Shown: positions 28,848 through 39,605, numbered from the stretch's first letter. The stretch is DNA of 64,000 nt from Rubripirellula sp. (GCA_965216875.1 OZ244207.1:5792001-5856000); one strand, 5' to 3'. Translations and numbers: made by a program. The notes: generated from the sequence alone by a model not told the origin.

Positions 28848-30158
28848 CTACTTGATACTGAAGAGATGTTTGTCGCCTCGGATGTAAATCTCGTCGCCGG
28901 CGATCGCGAGTGATGCGTTGACTTTTTCGCCGATGGGGTTGACCGAAATGGGGCGTGGGATTTCGGTGTTGGAAAGCACACGTGTCACCCCGTCCAAATC
29001 GGTAACGTAAACGTGCCCTCCAGCGCCCACGGGCGATGCATAGATATTGCCGAGTGCGCCCAACCGGATCGCACCAGGCGCAGCGTGCCCCGTCGTTGCT
29101 TCGACGCGAGAGAGAACGTTTTGGTAATGCGCCAAATAGTACAGCGCGCCCTCGTAGAGCAGCGGCGAGGGAACATAGGGCGTTCCGCGTTTGGTCAACC
29201 AAAGAACGTGTTTGGTCTCCGTCAGGTCGCCTTTCGCACCGCGCAAGTCGATCGCCATCAGCGCCCGTTTTTCATAGCTACTTCCAACGTAGACGATGCC
29301 GTCCTTGTAGATCGGTGTCGCAACCACATTGGCCGACAAACCGCCACATTCCCAGATCACTTCGCCGCTTTCGAGATCGTATCCGCGAACTCGCTGCGTT
29401 CCGCACACGATCGCCTGCGGCCTGCCTTCGTGATCGGCGATGATGGGAGAACTCCATGACGTGACCTCATCACGTGACTTCCGCCACAACGGTTTGCCGG
29501 TCGCCTTATCGAGGGCAACGATGAATGAATCTTCTTCGTGATCCCAGTTGACGAGAATCACGTCGCCGAAAAGAGCGGGTGAACTTCCTTCGCCATGCCC
29601 GTGTTTGCTGTGCATCTTGCCGAGTTGCTTGCTCCAGATCACGTCGCCATCGAGACCGAGGCAGTAGAGTCCAAACGAACCGAAAAAGGCATAGATGTGC
29701 TCTCCGTCGGTCACAGGTGAGGCGGAGGCCAAGCTTGCGGTGTGGTGGCCACCTTCATGCGGCACCGTCTCGTGAACGGCCTTGTTCCAGACGATCGAGC
29801 CATCCTCGCGATCCAACGCAATGACACTGAATCGATGCTCGCTATCGACAGGCACGTTGTTATGGGCGCCTGGCCGGCCGCTGTATTTGGGTTCCAGCTT
29901 CTCGCCAATCGGCTCGGCGGTCGTCAGGTAGATTCGGTCGCCCCAAACGATCGGTGTACTGTGTCCTCGCCCAGGCAGTGGCGTTTTCCATTGGACGTTC
30001 TCTGTAGCATTCCAAAAGGTCGGCGGCTTGGAATGGGGCGCAACACCCGTACCCAACGGTCCACGCCACTGGGGCCAATTGTCTTCTGCCTCTATCTGCA
30101 AAACAGAGACGCAGAGCATCATCGCGGCAAAAAGTGTTCGCATCGGTGTAGGTCTCAT
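28848..30158 (-). CDS. PQQ-binding-like beta-propeller (planctomycete BamB-like family) protein
   Basis: Signal peptide; NWPQWRGP, WKTPLPGRGHSTPIVWGDRIY, SPVTDG, repeated propeller blades. Confidence 0.88.
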   Translation of the reverse strand: MRPTPMRTLFAAMMLCVSVLQIEAEDNWPQWRGPLGTGVAPHSKPPTFWNATENVQWKTPLPGRGHSTPIVWGDRIYLTTAEPIGEKLEPKYSGRPGAHNNVPVDSEHRFSVIALDREDGSIVWNKAVHETVPHEGGHHTASLASASPVTDGEHIYAFFGSFGLYCLGLDGDVIWSKQLGKMHSKHGHGEGSSPALFGDVILVNWDHEEDSFIVALDKATGKPLWRKSRDEVTSWSSPIIADHEGRPQAIVCGTQRVRGYDLESGEVIWECGGLSANVVATPIYKDGIVYVGSSYEKRALMAIDLRGAKGDLTETKHVLWLTKRGTPYVPSPLLYEGALYYLAHYQNVLSRVEATTGHAAPGAIRLGALGNIYASPVGAGGHVYVTDLDGVTRVLSNTEIPRPISVNPIGEKVNASLAIAGDEIYIRGDKHLFSIK

Positions 30159-32873
30159 ATGGGTTGGTCCGAACCAAAGATCACCTTATCAGTTGGAGTG
30201 ATCAGCTTCCAAGTCGACGATGGAACGTCGACCGGAAACGACTCGCGCAACGTGTCGGTGACGGCGCAAAATGACGTGCCGGTCATCAGCGGTCTCGATG
30301 GTGACGCACTCAATCACGATGCGGGAACGGGCGCCGATGTGATCGAACAGGGCTCTGACGTCACGGTTGGCGATCTCGACTCGGCCAACTTTGATGGCGG
30401 CAATTTGACTGTCAACATCGTCTCTGGCGGTGACGCTGCCGAAGATGTGCTGTCGATCCGAAACCAAGGAATGGGCGGTGGCCAGATTGGCTTCTCGGGT
30501 GGCAACGTCTTCTTTGGTGGCGTCCAAATTGGCACGGCCACCGGCGGCGCGTCGGGAACGCCTCTCGTCATTTCGCTAAACACCTCTGCCAGCACCATTG
30601 CGACAACGGCGCTAGTTCGCAACATCACCTTCGAAAACACGGATGGTGCAACGCCAACCACAGGTGCACGAACCGTTCGATTCACCCTGAACGATGGCGA
30701 TGGCGGAACCAGCCTCGCTTCGGACGCAACGGTCAACGTTCAAACCACCAACAATCCGCCTGTCGCTGATGCGGGCGGCCCCTACGTCATCAACGAAGGC
30801 TCGAGCTTGCTGCTCAATGCGTCGGCATCGTCGGACCCCGATTTTGATGGCCTGACATACGCGTGGGACCTCGATGGCGACGGAGCGTATGATGACGCGA
30901 CGGGCGTCACGCCAACGGTGACTTGGGCGGCGCTCGGGTTGATGACCAATCCGATTTCCGACGATGGGGTTTACACGGTGTCGGTCCAGGTCGACGACGG
31001 ACGCGGTGGAGTGGTCACCGACTCAGTCGGGCTCACTGTCAACAACGTCGTTCCCACGATCACGTCCTCTGCCGCAGCAAGTGTCGACGAAAACACGACC
31101 GCCGTTCTGACGATCACCACCAGCGAGCCCGTTGACGCGGTGACCTTCTTGATCACTGGCGGTGACGACCAAGCTTTCTTCAACCTTAACCCGACCAGCG
31201 GCGCGTTGACGTTTAGTCCAACCGTCAGCTACGAGGCCTTTGCCGACAATGATGGCGACAACGTCTTTGAAGTCCAAGTCTCGACCAGCGATGGCGACGG
31301 TGGCTTTGACGCGCAAACGATCCTGGTGACGCTGGACGATGTCAACGAAGCGCCGACGGCCATCACCCTTTCCAACAACACAGTCAACGAGAACGCCGTC
31401 GCTGCGGTCATTGGCACAGTCGCAGCGGTCGACCCCGACTTGGTTGACTCTCACACCTTCTCCGTTGACGACGCTCGCTTTGAAGTCGTCAGCGGTCAGC
31501 TTCGTTTGCGGGCTGGCCAATCGATCAATCATGAGGTCGAGGACACGGTCACCGTCACGATTACGGCAACGGACCAATCGGGAGGCGGCCTCACGTTTAA
31601 CGACAGCTTTGTGATCAGCGTCACGGACGTCAACGAAGCGCCGACCGACATCACGTTGTCCGGCTTGACCGTTGCCGAAAACAACATCGCGGCCGTGATT
31701 GGGACGCTTGGTGTAAGCGATGTCGACGACGGCGACACACACACATGGTCGGTTGATGACGCAAGGTTCGAAATTGTGGGCGGACAATTGCGGCTGCGAG
31801 CTGGCCAATCGATCGATCACGAAACCGAACCGACCGTCAATCTGACGATCTCCGCGATCGACCAGGGCGGCGCCGGCCTGACCTACAACGAACCTTTTGT
31901 GATCACGGCGACCGATGTTGACGAGAACCCGGTCGCCTCGGCTGACTCGTTCACTGTGAATAGTGGAGAAACGCTCGTCGTCACCGCCTCAGGCGTCCTT
32001 GCGGATGACAACGACCCCGAAGGAGCGGGGCTGACCGCTTCGCTGGACGTTGGCCCAAGCAACGGTGTGCTCATCCTCAATGCCGATGGTTCGTTCACTT
32101 ACACGCCCAACCCAGGATTCACGGGAACCGATTCATTCACCTATCGCGCCTCTGACGGCGGGTTGGTGAGTGCATCGACGTTGGTGACCCTCAACGTCAA
32201 GGCTGCCGTTGCACCACTGCTGCCCTCAACGCCCGACGATGGCGGCGGTGATGACGACGCCGAAAGTGATCCGCCACCACCTTCGCCTGAAGACGAACCT
32301 GAAAGCGAAGAGGAAGAAACGAGCGAATCGGAAGCCGAGCCAACGGCTGCCGATCCCCTGGCACCGAAACCGGCACGCGCGCCCCGTGAGAACGGAACGA
32401 CGCTCGTCGGTGTCGTCCCCAAAGAACTTGCCGATGACTTCGCTTGGGTTGCCAGCCGCCTTTCGATCGATTCGGCCGAAGCAACCGGTGAAGAAGGTGA
32501 TCACAACGACCGCAATCGAGTATCGGGTTCACACGATTCCTCTGATCGTCGCTCGCGCCTATCAAACAGCCCCTATCGAATTGCCCCCGATGACTTGCAA
32601 TGGCAAAGCCTCGATCTTTTCCGCGAAGACTTGCTCGGCGAACACAAATTCGAGTCACTCGTGGTGGGTGCAGCCGTAGGATTCTCGGTCGCGATGTCGG
32701 TCGGGCAAGCGGTCTGGGCGGTACGCGCGGGTTACATGACCAGCACCCTGCTTTCCACGATGCCCGTTTGGCGAACCGTTGACCCCTTGCCCGTGCTCGA
32801 ATACCTCGACAACGGTGACGATCGCGGCGACGGCGAAACGCTCGAATCGATGATCGAAAACGCGAGTCATTAA
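30159..32873 (+). CDS. Adhesin-like PKD/cadherin/Ig (tandem-95) repeat protein, probably 5'-truncated
   Basis: NNPPVADAGGPY PKD-like; DVNEAPT cadherin repeats; LNADGSFTYTP...DSFTYRASDG; acidic linker; C-terminal hydrophobic motif. Begins mid-repeat with no signal peptide. Confidence 0.75.
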   Translation: MGWSEPKITLSVGVISFQVDDGTSTGNDSRNVSVTAQNDVPVISGLDGDALNHDAGTGADVIEQGSDVTVGDLDSANFDGGNLTVNIVSGGDAAEDVLSIRNQGMGGGQIGFSGGNVFFGGVQIGTATGGASGTPLVISLNTSASTIATTALVRNITFENTDGATPTTGARTVRFTLNDGDGGTSLASDATVNVQTTNNPPVADAGGPYVINEGSSLLLNASASSDPDFDGLTYAWDLDGDGAYDDATGVTPTVTWAALGLMTNPISDDGVYTVSVQVDDGRGGVVTDSVGLTVNNVVPTITSSAAASVDENTTAVLTITTSEPVDAVTFLITGGDDQAFFNLNPTSGALTFSPTVSYEAFADNDGDNVFEVQVSTSDGDGGFDAQTILVTLDDVNEAPTAITLSNNTVNENAVAAVIGTVAAVDPDLVDSHTFSVDDARFEVVSGQLRLRAGQSINHEVEDTVTVTITATDQSGGGLTFNDSFVISVTDVNEAPTDITLSGLTVAENNIAAVIGTLGVSDVDDGDTHTWSVDDARFEIVGGQLRLRAGQSIDHETEPTVNLTISAIDQGGAGLTYNEPFVITATDVDENPVASADSFTVNSGETLVVTASGVLADDNDPEGAGLTASLDVGPSNGVLILNADGSFTYTPNPGFTGTDSFTYRASDGGLVSASTLVTLNVKAAVAPLLPSTPDDGGGDDDAESDPPPPSPEDEPESEEEETSESEAEPTAADPLAPKPARAPRENGTTLVGVVPKELADDFAWVASRLSIDSAEATGEEGDHNDRNRVSGSHDSSDRRSRLSNSPYRIAPDDLQWQSLDLFREDLLGEHKFESLVVGAAVGFSVAMSVGQAVWAVRAGYMTSTLLSTMPVWRTVDPLPVLEYLDNGDDRGDGETLESMIENASH

Positions 32874-32896
32874 GCTCACGTTTGGGAGAGCGTGCA

Positions 32897-34153
32897 TCAC
32901 GAGCGCGCACACGAAACGACGTAGACGCCGCCAGCGATCAAACAGAGACATCCGATCGTGGTGAACAGTGCGCCATACCCATGGGCATCACCAATCGCGC
33001 CAAGAATCGGCGAACCAACGATCGTGCCAAGATCCAACATCATCAATGCCAGTGCAGAACCCGTCCCGCGCACTGCCACTGGAAACGGCTGAATCGTCAA
33101 CGAAGTCATCGTATGGAACATCAACCCGTGCCCCATGCCACAAAGCAACGCGGGAACAACGATCATCCACGGATGCTGGGACGTGACGAGCGGGTAACAA
33201 AACATCCCCATTCCCATCACGAACACGCCCGCGACCAAGACAACTTTATCGCTCAGTCGCGTGAAGATCGCCCGCGAGCCGAGACGGATCGTGATCCCCA
33301 TGCCCGAATAGCAAAGAAAGTACAGGCCGATGACCGAAACACCGTCGATTGCCAACTTGTGTTGATCGATAAAGGTCGCAACAAATGCGAACGGTGCCGC
33401 CATACAAACCCCAAACACAACATCGATCAACACCACCGTACCGGGCCAATACCGCTTGGTGGTCGCGGCGAACTGCGAAAGTTTGACGGAATGATTGGCA
33501 GCCCTTTCGGCCGAACTTGACGACTCACTTTTTGTCGGACGAAGAAATATCAGACCGATTGCCGGCAAGATGTTCGCAATCGCCGCCGTCACAAACAGCC
33601 AAACGAAGTTGTCGTAGGTCCGCTCTGACAGGAAGAGATCGCCGACAAACGGGCCAATCATCATCCCCAGAAATCCGCCGACACCAAAAATCCCAATCGC
33701 TTCGGTACGTCGATGGTCGGGAGCGGTTTGGGAAACGTAGGTCAATCCGCTGGCGAAGACGATCGCGGAACCGACCAACAACAGCGAGCGAACCAAATAG
33801 ATCATCGGCCCAATCTCGGTCAGCAGCAGATTGGCGAGCGATGCCAAAGCAAAGATCGCGAAGCCGACTCCCCACATCGCACGCGCACCAAGACGGTTGA
33901 TCCACTGCGCCATCCAGGGTCGAAAGACGAGGCCAATGAGCGGCCCCACTCCCATGACCCAACCAATCACATCCAGGTCGCCGCCCAAAAAATCGATCCA
34001 TCGCGCATAGTGAGCCATCAGCGTGTTGCTGCTGACAAAGCACATCTGACTGATCAGAGCGAGAACGAAATTGCGATCGTACAAACGATCGTCACGATCT
34101 GTGGTCAAGTTCTTCCTTGCAAAGCGATCGACATTCTCGTTCTTGCGTCGCAA
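32897..34153 (-). CDS. MFS transporter
   Basis: About 12 TM helices; APDHRRTEAIG; PVAVRGTG. Start uncertain. Confidence 0.85.
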   Translation of the reverse strand: MRRKNENVDRFARKNLTTDRDDRLYDRNFVLALISQMCFVSSNTLMAHYARWIDFLGGDLDVIGWVMGVGPLIGLVFRPWMAQWINRLGARAMWGVGFAIFALASLANLLLTEIGPMIYLVRSLLLVGSAIVFASGLTYVSQTAPDHRRTEAIGIFGVGGFLGMMIGPFVGDLFLSERTYDNFVWLFVTAAIANILPAIGLIFLRPTKSESSSSAERAANHSVKLSQFAATTKRYWPGTVVLIDVVFGVCMAAPFAFVATFIDQHKLAIDGVSVIGLYFLCYSGMGITIRLGSRAIFTRLSDKVVLVAGVFVMGMGMFCYPLVTSQHPWMIVVPALLCGMGHGLMFHTMTSLTIQPFPVAVRGTGSALALMMLDLGTIVGSPILGAIGDAHGYGALFTTIGCLCLIAGGVYVVSCARS

Positions 34154-34166
34154 TCAGTGGTTTTCG

Positions 34167-34721
34167 TCAAGGGTCTTCTCTGCGCAACAATTCCGATCGT
34201 TTGCTTTTGTACCGACGCTCGGCAGCGCGATAGTCACCCGCTTTGGAGTAACTATTCATGCTCATCACAATTCCGGAAACGATAAAGACCAAACCAAACA
34301 GTGGAAACGCGACCTTGGCGATCACGAACGGACCGACATCGGGCGCACTCGAAGTGATGCCGATGGCCATGGCCAGCCAAACGCAGCCGAACAAGGTGAT
34401 CGCCACACCACCACCAATCGCACCCGCCTCGGTGGGAACATGTTTGCCGCCATTCTTGGTCGTGATCATGTACCGCTCACGTTCAAATTCCCACTCGCGA
34501 TCAAGTGCTGCGACTTCACCTTGATCAGTCAGGTCATCAACCCTCTGACTCAACTCTTCGGTCTTGTCCGCCAATTCCTTCAACTGTTCGGTAAAGGTCA
34601 CATTGTCGCGCCGATGCACGACAAGCTGGGCCGAACAGTGGTTGCAAGTGACGTATTTCGCCGACTCGGGAACATCGATCGGGGCGCCACAGGAGTTGCA
34701 GGTCAACTTTTGCAATTTCAT
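34167..34721 (-). CDS. Zinc-ribbon, coiled-coil, 2-TM membrane protein
   Basis: CNSCGAP...CNHC; coiled segment; two C-terminal TM helices. Confidence 0.75.
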   Translation of the reverse strand: MKLQKLTCNSCGAPIDVPESAKYVTCNHCSAQLVVHRRDNVTFTEQLKELADKTEELSQRVDDLTDQGEVAALDREWEFERERYMITTKNGGKHVPTEAGAIGGGVAITLFGCVWLAMAIGITSSAPDVGPFVIAKVAFPLFGLVFIVSGIVMSMNSYSKAGDYRAAERRYKSKRSELLRREDP

Positions 34722-34772
34722 CGGAAACCATCAACGTCAAAGGGTTGCAAACTTCCGAGCTCAAGAGTGTGG

Positions 34773-36692
34773 CTACTTGGTTCCAACGACACCGATTTCG
34801 GCTGCCGAAGCCCAAGGTTTACCGTTCACTTCGGACATGATGCGGACGCGAACGTAACGTCCGGTGACCGCGTTGTCGCAATCAGCACGCTGTGCGGTCC
34901 GTACTTTTGCAAACCGTGCTGTCGCAACTGGATCGCCAAACGATTCAGCCGAATCGCTCACAGAGAACTCGGTATCGGCAAAGGCCCCATTCCAACCGTT
35001 GTCTTGGCGCACAAGGTAACGAAAGCCCGAGATTTTGTAACGGGCCCCTAAATCAATCACCAACTCATGGGGGTGCTTTGCCAAATCAGGGGAAAACTGT
35101 GTGTGCCAAACGGTTCGCGGATCACCGTCGATCGCATTCTTCGCCAACTTGCCATTGCCTCGATTCTCGCTACTGGACTTGATCATCGTCATCGAGTCCG
35201 CCGGAATCAGGTCCCGTTCGCGAAGACGATTGACCTTTCCGCTCGATTTGGCCGGTTGTTTGCTACCCCACTTTGCACGTCGATCCTTTTCGTGATCATC
35301 CCGCTGGGTATAGCTTCCGGCGCGAACGGGCGTATGAGATTCCGCTGCAAGCCGTTTCAGTTTGGCAACCAAATCGCGGTGCTCGCCAGCGACATCAGTC
35401 GTCTCGCTGATGTCGGCGTCCAAGTCGTACAGCACCCACTCGGCATCCGGTTTGGCCTGAAACGCTTTCCACTTGCCCATGCGCACCGCGGTTTGCGATC
35501 CGTATTCCCAATACAGATACTCGTGCTGTGACTGCTTGCGACCAACGGCATCTTCGCCAAACAGCGTCGGCACAATGGACATGCCGTCGTTGGCGGGCGC
35601 TCTCGTGCCGGTGATCTCGGCAATCGTTTCCATCATGTCCGGTTGGTAGAAAACGAGGTCACTTACGGTCCCCGGTTTGATCCTTCCTGGCCATTGGACG
35701 AGAAACGGAATCTTCAATCCACCTTCGTAAAGACTTCCTTTGCCACCTCGAAACTCAACGCCCGTTCTTGGATCGACATTCGGGCCAAAGTAACCGCGAG
35801 GATAGTCCTTGCTGCGAAAACGATCTTGCCCACCGTTGTCACCAGTGAAGAAGACGATCGTGTTGTCGGCCAACTTGAGTTCATCGAGCAAGTCCAACAC
35901 CGTTCCGACGTTGTTATCGACCATCGTCACCATCGCAGCATAGTTCTTGGCGTCTTGCGAAACCGATTCGTCTTTCATCCACGCGTCATTGCGATACTGG
36001 TCCCACGCTGGATCATCCGCGGGGATGTCGTACATCCCGTGCGGCGGAGTGATCGGCAAGTAGCAAAAGAAAGGACGATCTTTGTTTTCACGAATGAACT
36101 TCACCGCTTCGTCCATGATCTCGTAGTGCGAATAGGTTTCGCCTTCGCGACCACCATCGTTTCCGGCAAGAACAACCTCCTCGCTATTTCGCACCAGGTA
36201 CGGCGGATAGAACGAGTGAGCATGAACTTGGTCGTAGTAACCAAAGAACACGTCAAAGCCATGTCTCTCAGGAACTCCGGTCGAGCCACGTCCCCCGGCT
36301 CCCCATTTTCCAAACCCGCCCGTTGCGTATCTCTTTTGATCTTTAAGCATCGAAGCGATGGTCGGCTCTTCTGCTCTTAGCGGTGTGCCGCCGTCGTTGG
36401 CTCGCACCGATGCGTGCCCCATATGCTTTCCGGTCATCAACGCACATCGCAGCGGAGCGCAAACCGGTGCTCCGGCAAGTGCATTTGTGAAGCGAATGCC
36501 ATCTTTCGCCATCTGATCGATGCGCGGCGTATGAACTCGCTCGTTGCCCATATGCGAAAGCTCATAGTACGCGAGTTCGTCAGACATGATGTAGACGATG
36601 TTCGGCGGCTGCTCGGCGTAGACCTTTCCAAGCGTGGCGACGTTTCCGAGAGCGGCGACCGCGAAGGCAGTCAAAAGAAGAATTCGATTCAT
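34773..36692 (-). CDS. Arylsulfatase with C-terminal discoidin (F5/8 type C, CBM32-like) domain
   Basis: CAPLR, GKW, GDNG; AIDGDPRTVWHT..LVIDLG..GRYVRV..AEIGV. Confidence 0.9.
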   Translation of the reverse strand: MNRILLLTAFAVAALGNVATLGKVYAEQPPNIVYIMSDELAYYELSHMGNERVHTPRIDQMAKDGIRFTNALAGAPVCAPLRCALMTGKHMGHASVRANDGGTPLRAEEPTIASMLKDQKRYATGGFGKWGAGGRGSTGVPERHGFDVFFGYYDQVHAHSFYPPYLVRNSEEVVLAGNDGGREGETYSHYEIMDEAVKFIRENKDRPFFCYLPITPPHGMYDIPADDPAWDQYRNDAWMKDESVSQDAKNYAAMVTMVDNNVGTVLDLLDELKLADNTIVFFTGDNGGQDRFRSKDYPRGYFGPNVDPRTGVEFRGGKGSLYEGGLKIPFLVQWPGRIKPGTVSDLVFYQPDMMETIAEITGTRAPANDGMSIVPTLFGEDAVGRKQSQHEYLYWEYGSQTAVRMGKWKAFQAKPDAEWVLYDLDADISETTDVAGEHRDLVAKLKRLAAESHTPVRAGSYTQRDDHEKDRRAKWGSKQPAKSSGKVNRLRERDLIPADSMTMIKSSSENRGNGKLAKNAIDGDPRTVWHTQFSPDLAKHPHELVIDLGARYKISGFRYLVRQDNGWNGAFADTEFSVSDSAESFGDPVATARFAKVRTAQRADCDNAVTGRYVRVRIMSEVNGKPWASAAEIGVVGTK

Positions 36693-36748
36693 CAAACGAA
36701 CTCGCAAATAGGAGTGGTGGTGGCTGGTGAGTTTGAGTGAGTGGGCAA

Positions 36749-37438
36749 TCAGTCGAGCGAACGTATTTTGACATCCTTGAACCAGACCTGCTGGCCGTGG
36801 TTCTGGAATCCAATCCTTCCGATTCGAGGCAATTCCTTGAGTGCCGTTTTGAACTTGTTCTTGGTGCCGTCGGGGTTTTGGTTGGGTGTGTCCCACTTGT
36901 CGATGTTGACCGAATTCACGGGGACACCGTTGATTGAAAAACGGATGTTCGGGCCGACGCATTCCAGCGTCAATCGGTTCCATTGGCCGACAGGGTGTGC
37001 CGGGTCGACCTCTGCTGGCTTGCAATCGTAGAAGGCACCGTTGAGGTTCTTGGCGTCTTTCTTGCCTTTGACTTTTTGAAACCCTGCGTTGTCGAGCAAC
37101 TGAATTTCAAATCCACCCTGCACGGGATTGTCTTTGTCGGTGCGAAAGAAGACGCCGCTGTTTGCGGTCTCGGAGAGCTTATAGGAGAGCGTTAGCTGGA
37201 AGTCGCCGTAACTCTCCTTGGTCCAAACGTAACCCTTGCCGCGTGTGCGTTTGTTTCCTTTTTTGTCGACGACCGTTTCCATGCGACAGCTCATCGAACC
37301 GTCGTCTTCAACGACCCAACCTCCATCGGCGTATTCCCAGCGATCAAGGGAACTGCCGTCAAACAGAACGTCCCACTCCTCTGCTGCCGCAACAGAAAGA
37401 GGAAAGGTGAGCAGCGTCAAGACAATGATGTTTCGCAT
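36749..37438 (-). CDS. DUF1080 (3-keto-glycoside hydrolase-like) secreted protein
   Basis: LFDGSSLDRW, ANSGVFFR, EIQLLD, GRIGFQNHG..VWFKDVKIR. Confidence 0.9.
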   Translation of the reverse strand: MRNIIVLTLLTFPLSVAAAEEWDVLFDGSSLDRWEYADGGWVVEDDGSMSCRMETVVDKKGNKRTRGKGYVWTKESYGDFQLTLSYKLSETANSGVFFRTDKDNPVQGGFEIQLLDNAGFQKVKGKKDAKNLNGAFYDCKPAEVDPAHPVGQWNRLTLECVGPNIRFSINGVPVNSVNIDKWDTPNQNPDGTKNKFKTALKELPRIGRIGFQNHGQQVWFKDVKIRSLD

Positions 37439-37484
37439 TTTTTACCTCCGATGCAGTCGCCCTCACGACGCAAACCGAAACTCC

Positions 37485-37670
<186 letters not shown>

Positions 37671-37703
37671 ACAGGGGTACCGTGTTCAAAGTTGGCAGTC
37701 CCG

Positions 37704-38708
37704 CTATTTCGCGCGAACCAATTTCATGATTCGTCCCGCCACGTTCCAATCTTGGACGTACAAATTCCCGTCGGCATCCCAATACGAACCGTGCGTTCCG
37801 CTAAAGATGCCTTCAATCCATTGATCTTGCGGCACATTGAAATTGCGGCCCTGCTTGGGGTCTGGGTTGTGGCCGAGTACGGCGATGATCGTGTTTGTCT
37901 TGTCCAAGATCACGAGACGTCCCATCAGATCGGGAACCGAAACGTAGTCGCCTTGGATGGCAACCGACGTCGGCATCCCCAAACCTGTCGCAACTTCTTC
38001 GATGAAGTTCCCATCCAAGTCGTAGTGAACCAAACGTCCTTTAGGTTGGTGGTTGCGATCACAAATCAAAAGACGTGGTGGCTCATAGCGAGTGTCAAGC
38101 GTCATCCCGTGAGCGGTGTTGAACTGCTTCATCCCGTTGCCCTTTTCGCCGAAGTGCGAAAGGTACTTGCCGTTCTTGTCGAATCGGAAGATGTGGTTGC
38201 TTGCGTAGCCGTTCGAAAGAAAGATGTCACCGTTGTCTAACACAGTGATCGCCGTTGGGTTGAACTTCTTGAGGTCCAAGCCAGACTCTTGCGGGAATGG
38301 TAAACGCAGAACCACTTCACCGGTGCTGGCGTTGAACTTGATGCCTTCCGCGTCTTTATTTCGGGCGCCATAGATGAACTCGCCACCTTCTTCGGAACGA
38401 ATCTCCATGTCATGCAGGTTCGAATAGTCTTTGCCCAAATAGGACTGCACGACCTTACCGTCTGGCGAAAAGACAAAAACACCTTGCTGAGCACTGGTGT
38501 AGATGTGACCGGCCTTGTCGATCACCACGCCGCCGTGAGTCGGACCCAACACCGAATTGCCGTCGGGGCGCAGCCCCCAACCAGGAACGGTGTCGAAGGT
38601 CATGATCCCGCAGCCCATTCGAACTGGTTTTTGATCCTCGCCCACCGCAGTGAGAGGCAGGCAACAAAGAAGGGTCAGAATGGGCAGAATTCCGCGGGAT
38701 CTCATCAA
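37704..38708 (-). CDS. NHL-repeat 6-bladed beta-propeller (PAL-like), secreted
   Basis: FNPTAITV..NGDIFLSNGY, QFNTAHG, ICDR, HGSYWDADGNLYVQDW. Confidence 0.8.
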   Translation of the reverse strand: MMRSRGILPILTLLCCLPLTAVGEDQKPVRMGCGIMTFDTVPGWGLRPDGNSVLGPTHGGVVIDKAGHIYTSAQQGVFVFSPDGKVVQSYLGKDYSNLHDMEIRSEEGGEFIYGARNKDAEGIKFNASTGEVVLRLPFPQESGLDLKKFNPTAITVLDNGDIFLSNGYASNHIFRFDKNGKYLSHFGEKGNGMKQFNTAHGMTLDTRYEPPRLLICDRNHQPKGRLVHYDLDGNFIEEVATGLGMPTSVAIQGDYVSVPDLMGRLVILDKTNTIIAVLGHNPDPKQGRNFNVPQDQWIEGIFSGTHGSYWDADGNLYVQDWNVAGRIMKLVRAK

Positions 38709-38902
38709 TAGGCTCCGGTGTACTCGATGTGCGCCGCTGGCTTGGCGTCAATTTGGCGTCACTTAATCGGACAATCATAAACGGATCTATCCCGACCTGT
38801 CGCCAAATGCCCCTATAATTCGGGGGTACTCGCGCCCCGTTATGCCAGTTCGTTTGTCCTAGTGCGATGAATTTCAATCCCGTAGCTCGAGGGAAGAAGA
38901 AC

Positions 38903-39529
38903 ATGAAATGGTCAACAGGTTTGGCGGTTGTTGCCGTCCTCGTTCTTAGCGTCGAATCGGTTCATGCCTGTGGTGGCGGGAGCGGTTCTTTGGCTCGAGG
39001 CGGTTTCTCGGGCAAAGGCTTCGGCGGTTTCTCGGGTAAGGGTTTTGGTGGCGTGCCAATCGCGTCCAACGTGGGAATGGCTCCCGTCGCAATGGCAAAC
39101 GCTCGGATGAACATGGCACGCCAAGCATCGATTGCTCAGGCCAACGCCTACAACGCTCGCATGCGACCGATCCGCATCGCCAACGCGATGAAAGTCCGTG
39201 AGGCAAAACTCGCTGCGCGCGAAGCACGCAAGGCAGTGAACATCGCCAAGCTTCAAGAGCGTCGTCGACTCGAAACAGAAGAGCGAGAGTTTCTCGTCAA
39301 AGCGCGCACTTGGACCGACCGATCGGGTGAGCATCAACTCGTTGCCATCCCCGTCGGCATGAGCGGAACGGCAATCAAGTTACAGAAACGCGATCAATCG
39401 ATTGTGAGCGTCCCGCTGGAAAGTCTAAGTGGTGACGATCAAACCTGGGTCGCCGCTCGCGTGCCGAGCGTCCGCTCCCTGATCACACCAACCACCAACG
39501 GCATCGTCCTGGTTGGCACCAGCCGTTAG
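38903..39529 (+). CDS. Secreted SHD1-domain protein
   Basis: Signal peptide; duplicated GGFSGKGF; RTWTDRSG...VSVPLESLSGDDQTWV. Confidence 0.75.
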   Translation: MKWSTGLAVVAVLVLSVESVHACGGGSGSLARGGFSGKGFGGFSGKGFGGVPIASNVGMAPVAMANARMNMARQASIAQANAYNARMRPIRIANAMKVREAKLAAREARKAVNIAKLQERRRLETEEREFLVKARTWTDRSGEHQLVAIPVGMSGTAIKLQKRDQSIVSVPLESLSGDDQTWVAARVPSVRSLITPTTNGIVLVGTSR

Positions 39530-39605
39530 TCGCTAACAGCAACCTCGTTGCCACGGTCCCCGTGGTAACGCACTCTCGGACGCTCCTGGGTTGGTTTTTT
39601 TAAAT

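Noticed and set aside
29742..30158. N-terminal 139 aa of the 1043-aa ORF
   Set aside because: Antisense overlap with the clear PQQ-propeller gene.
36693..37025. Extended N-terminus of the 750-aa sulfatase ORF
   Set aside because: Overlaps DUF1080 in another frame; the signal peptide starts at 36692.
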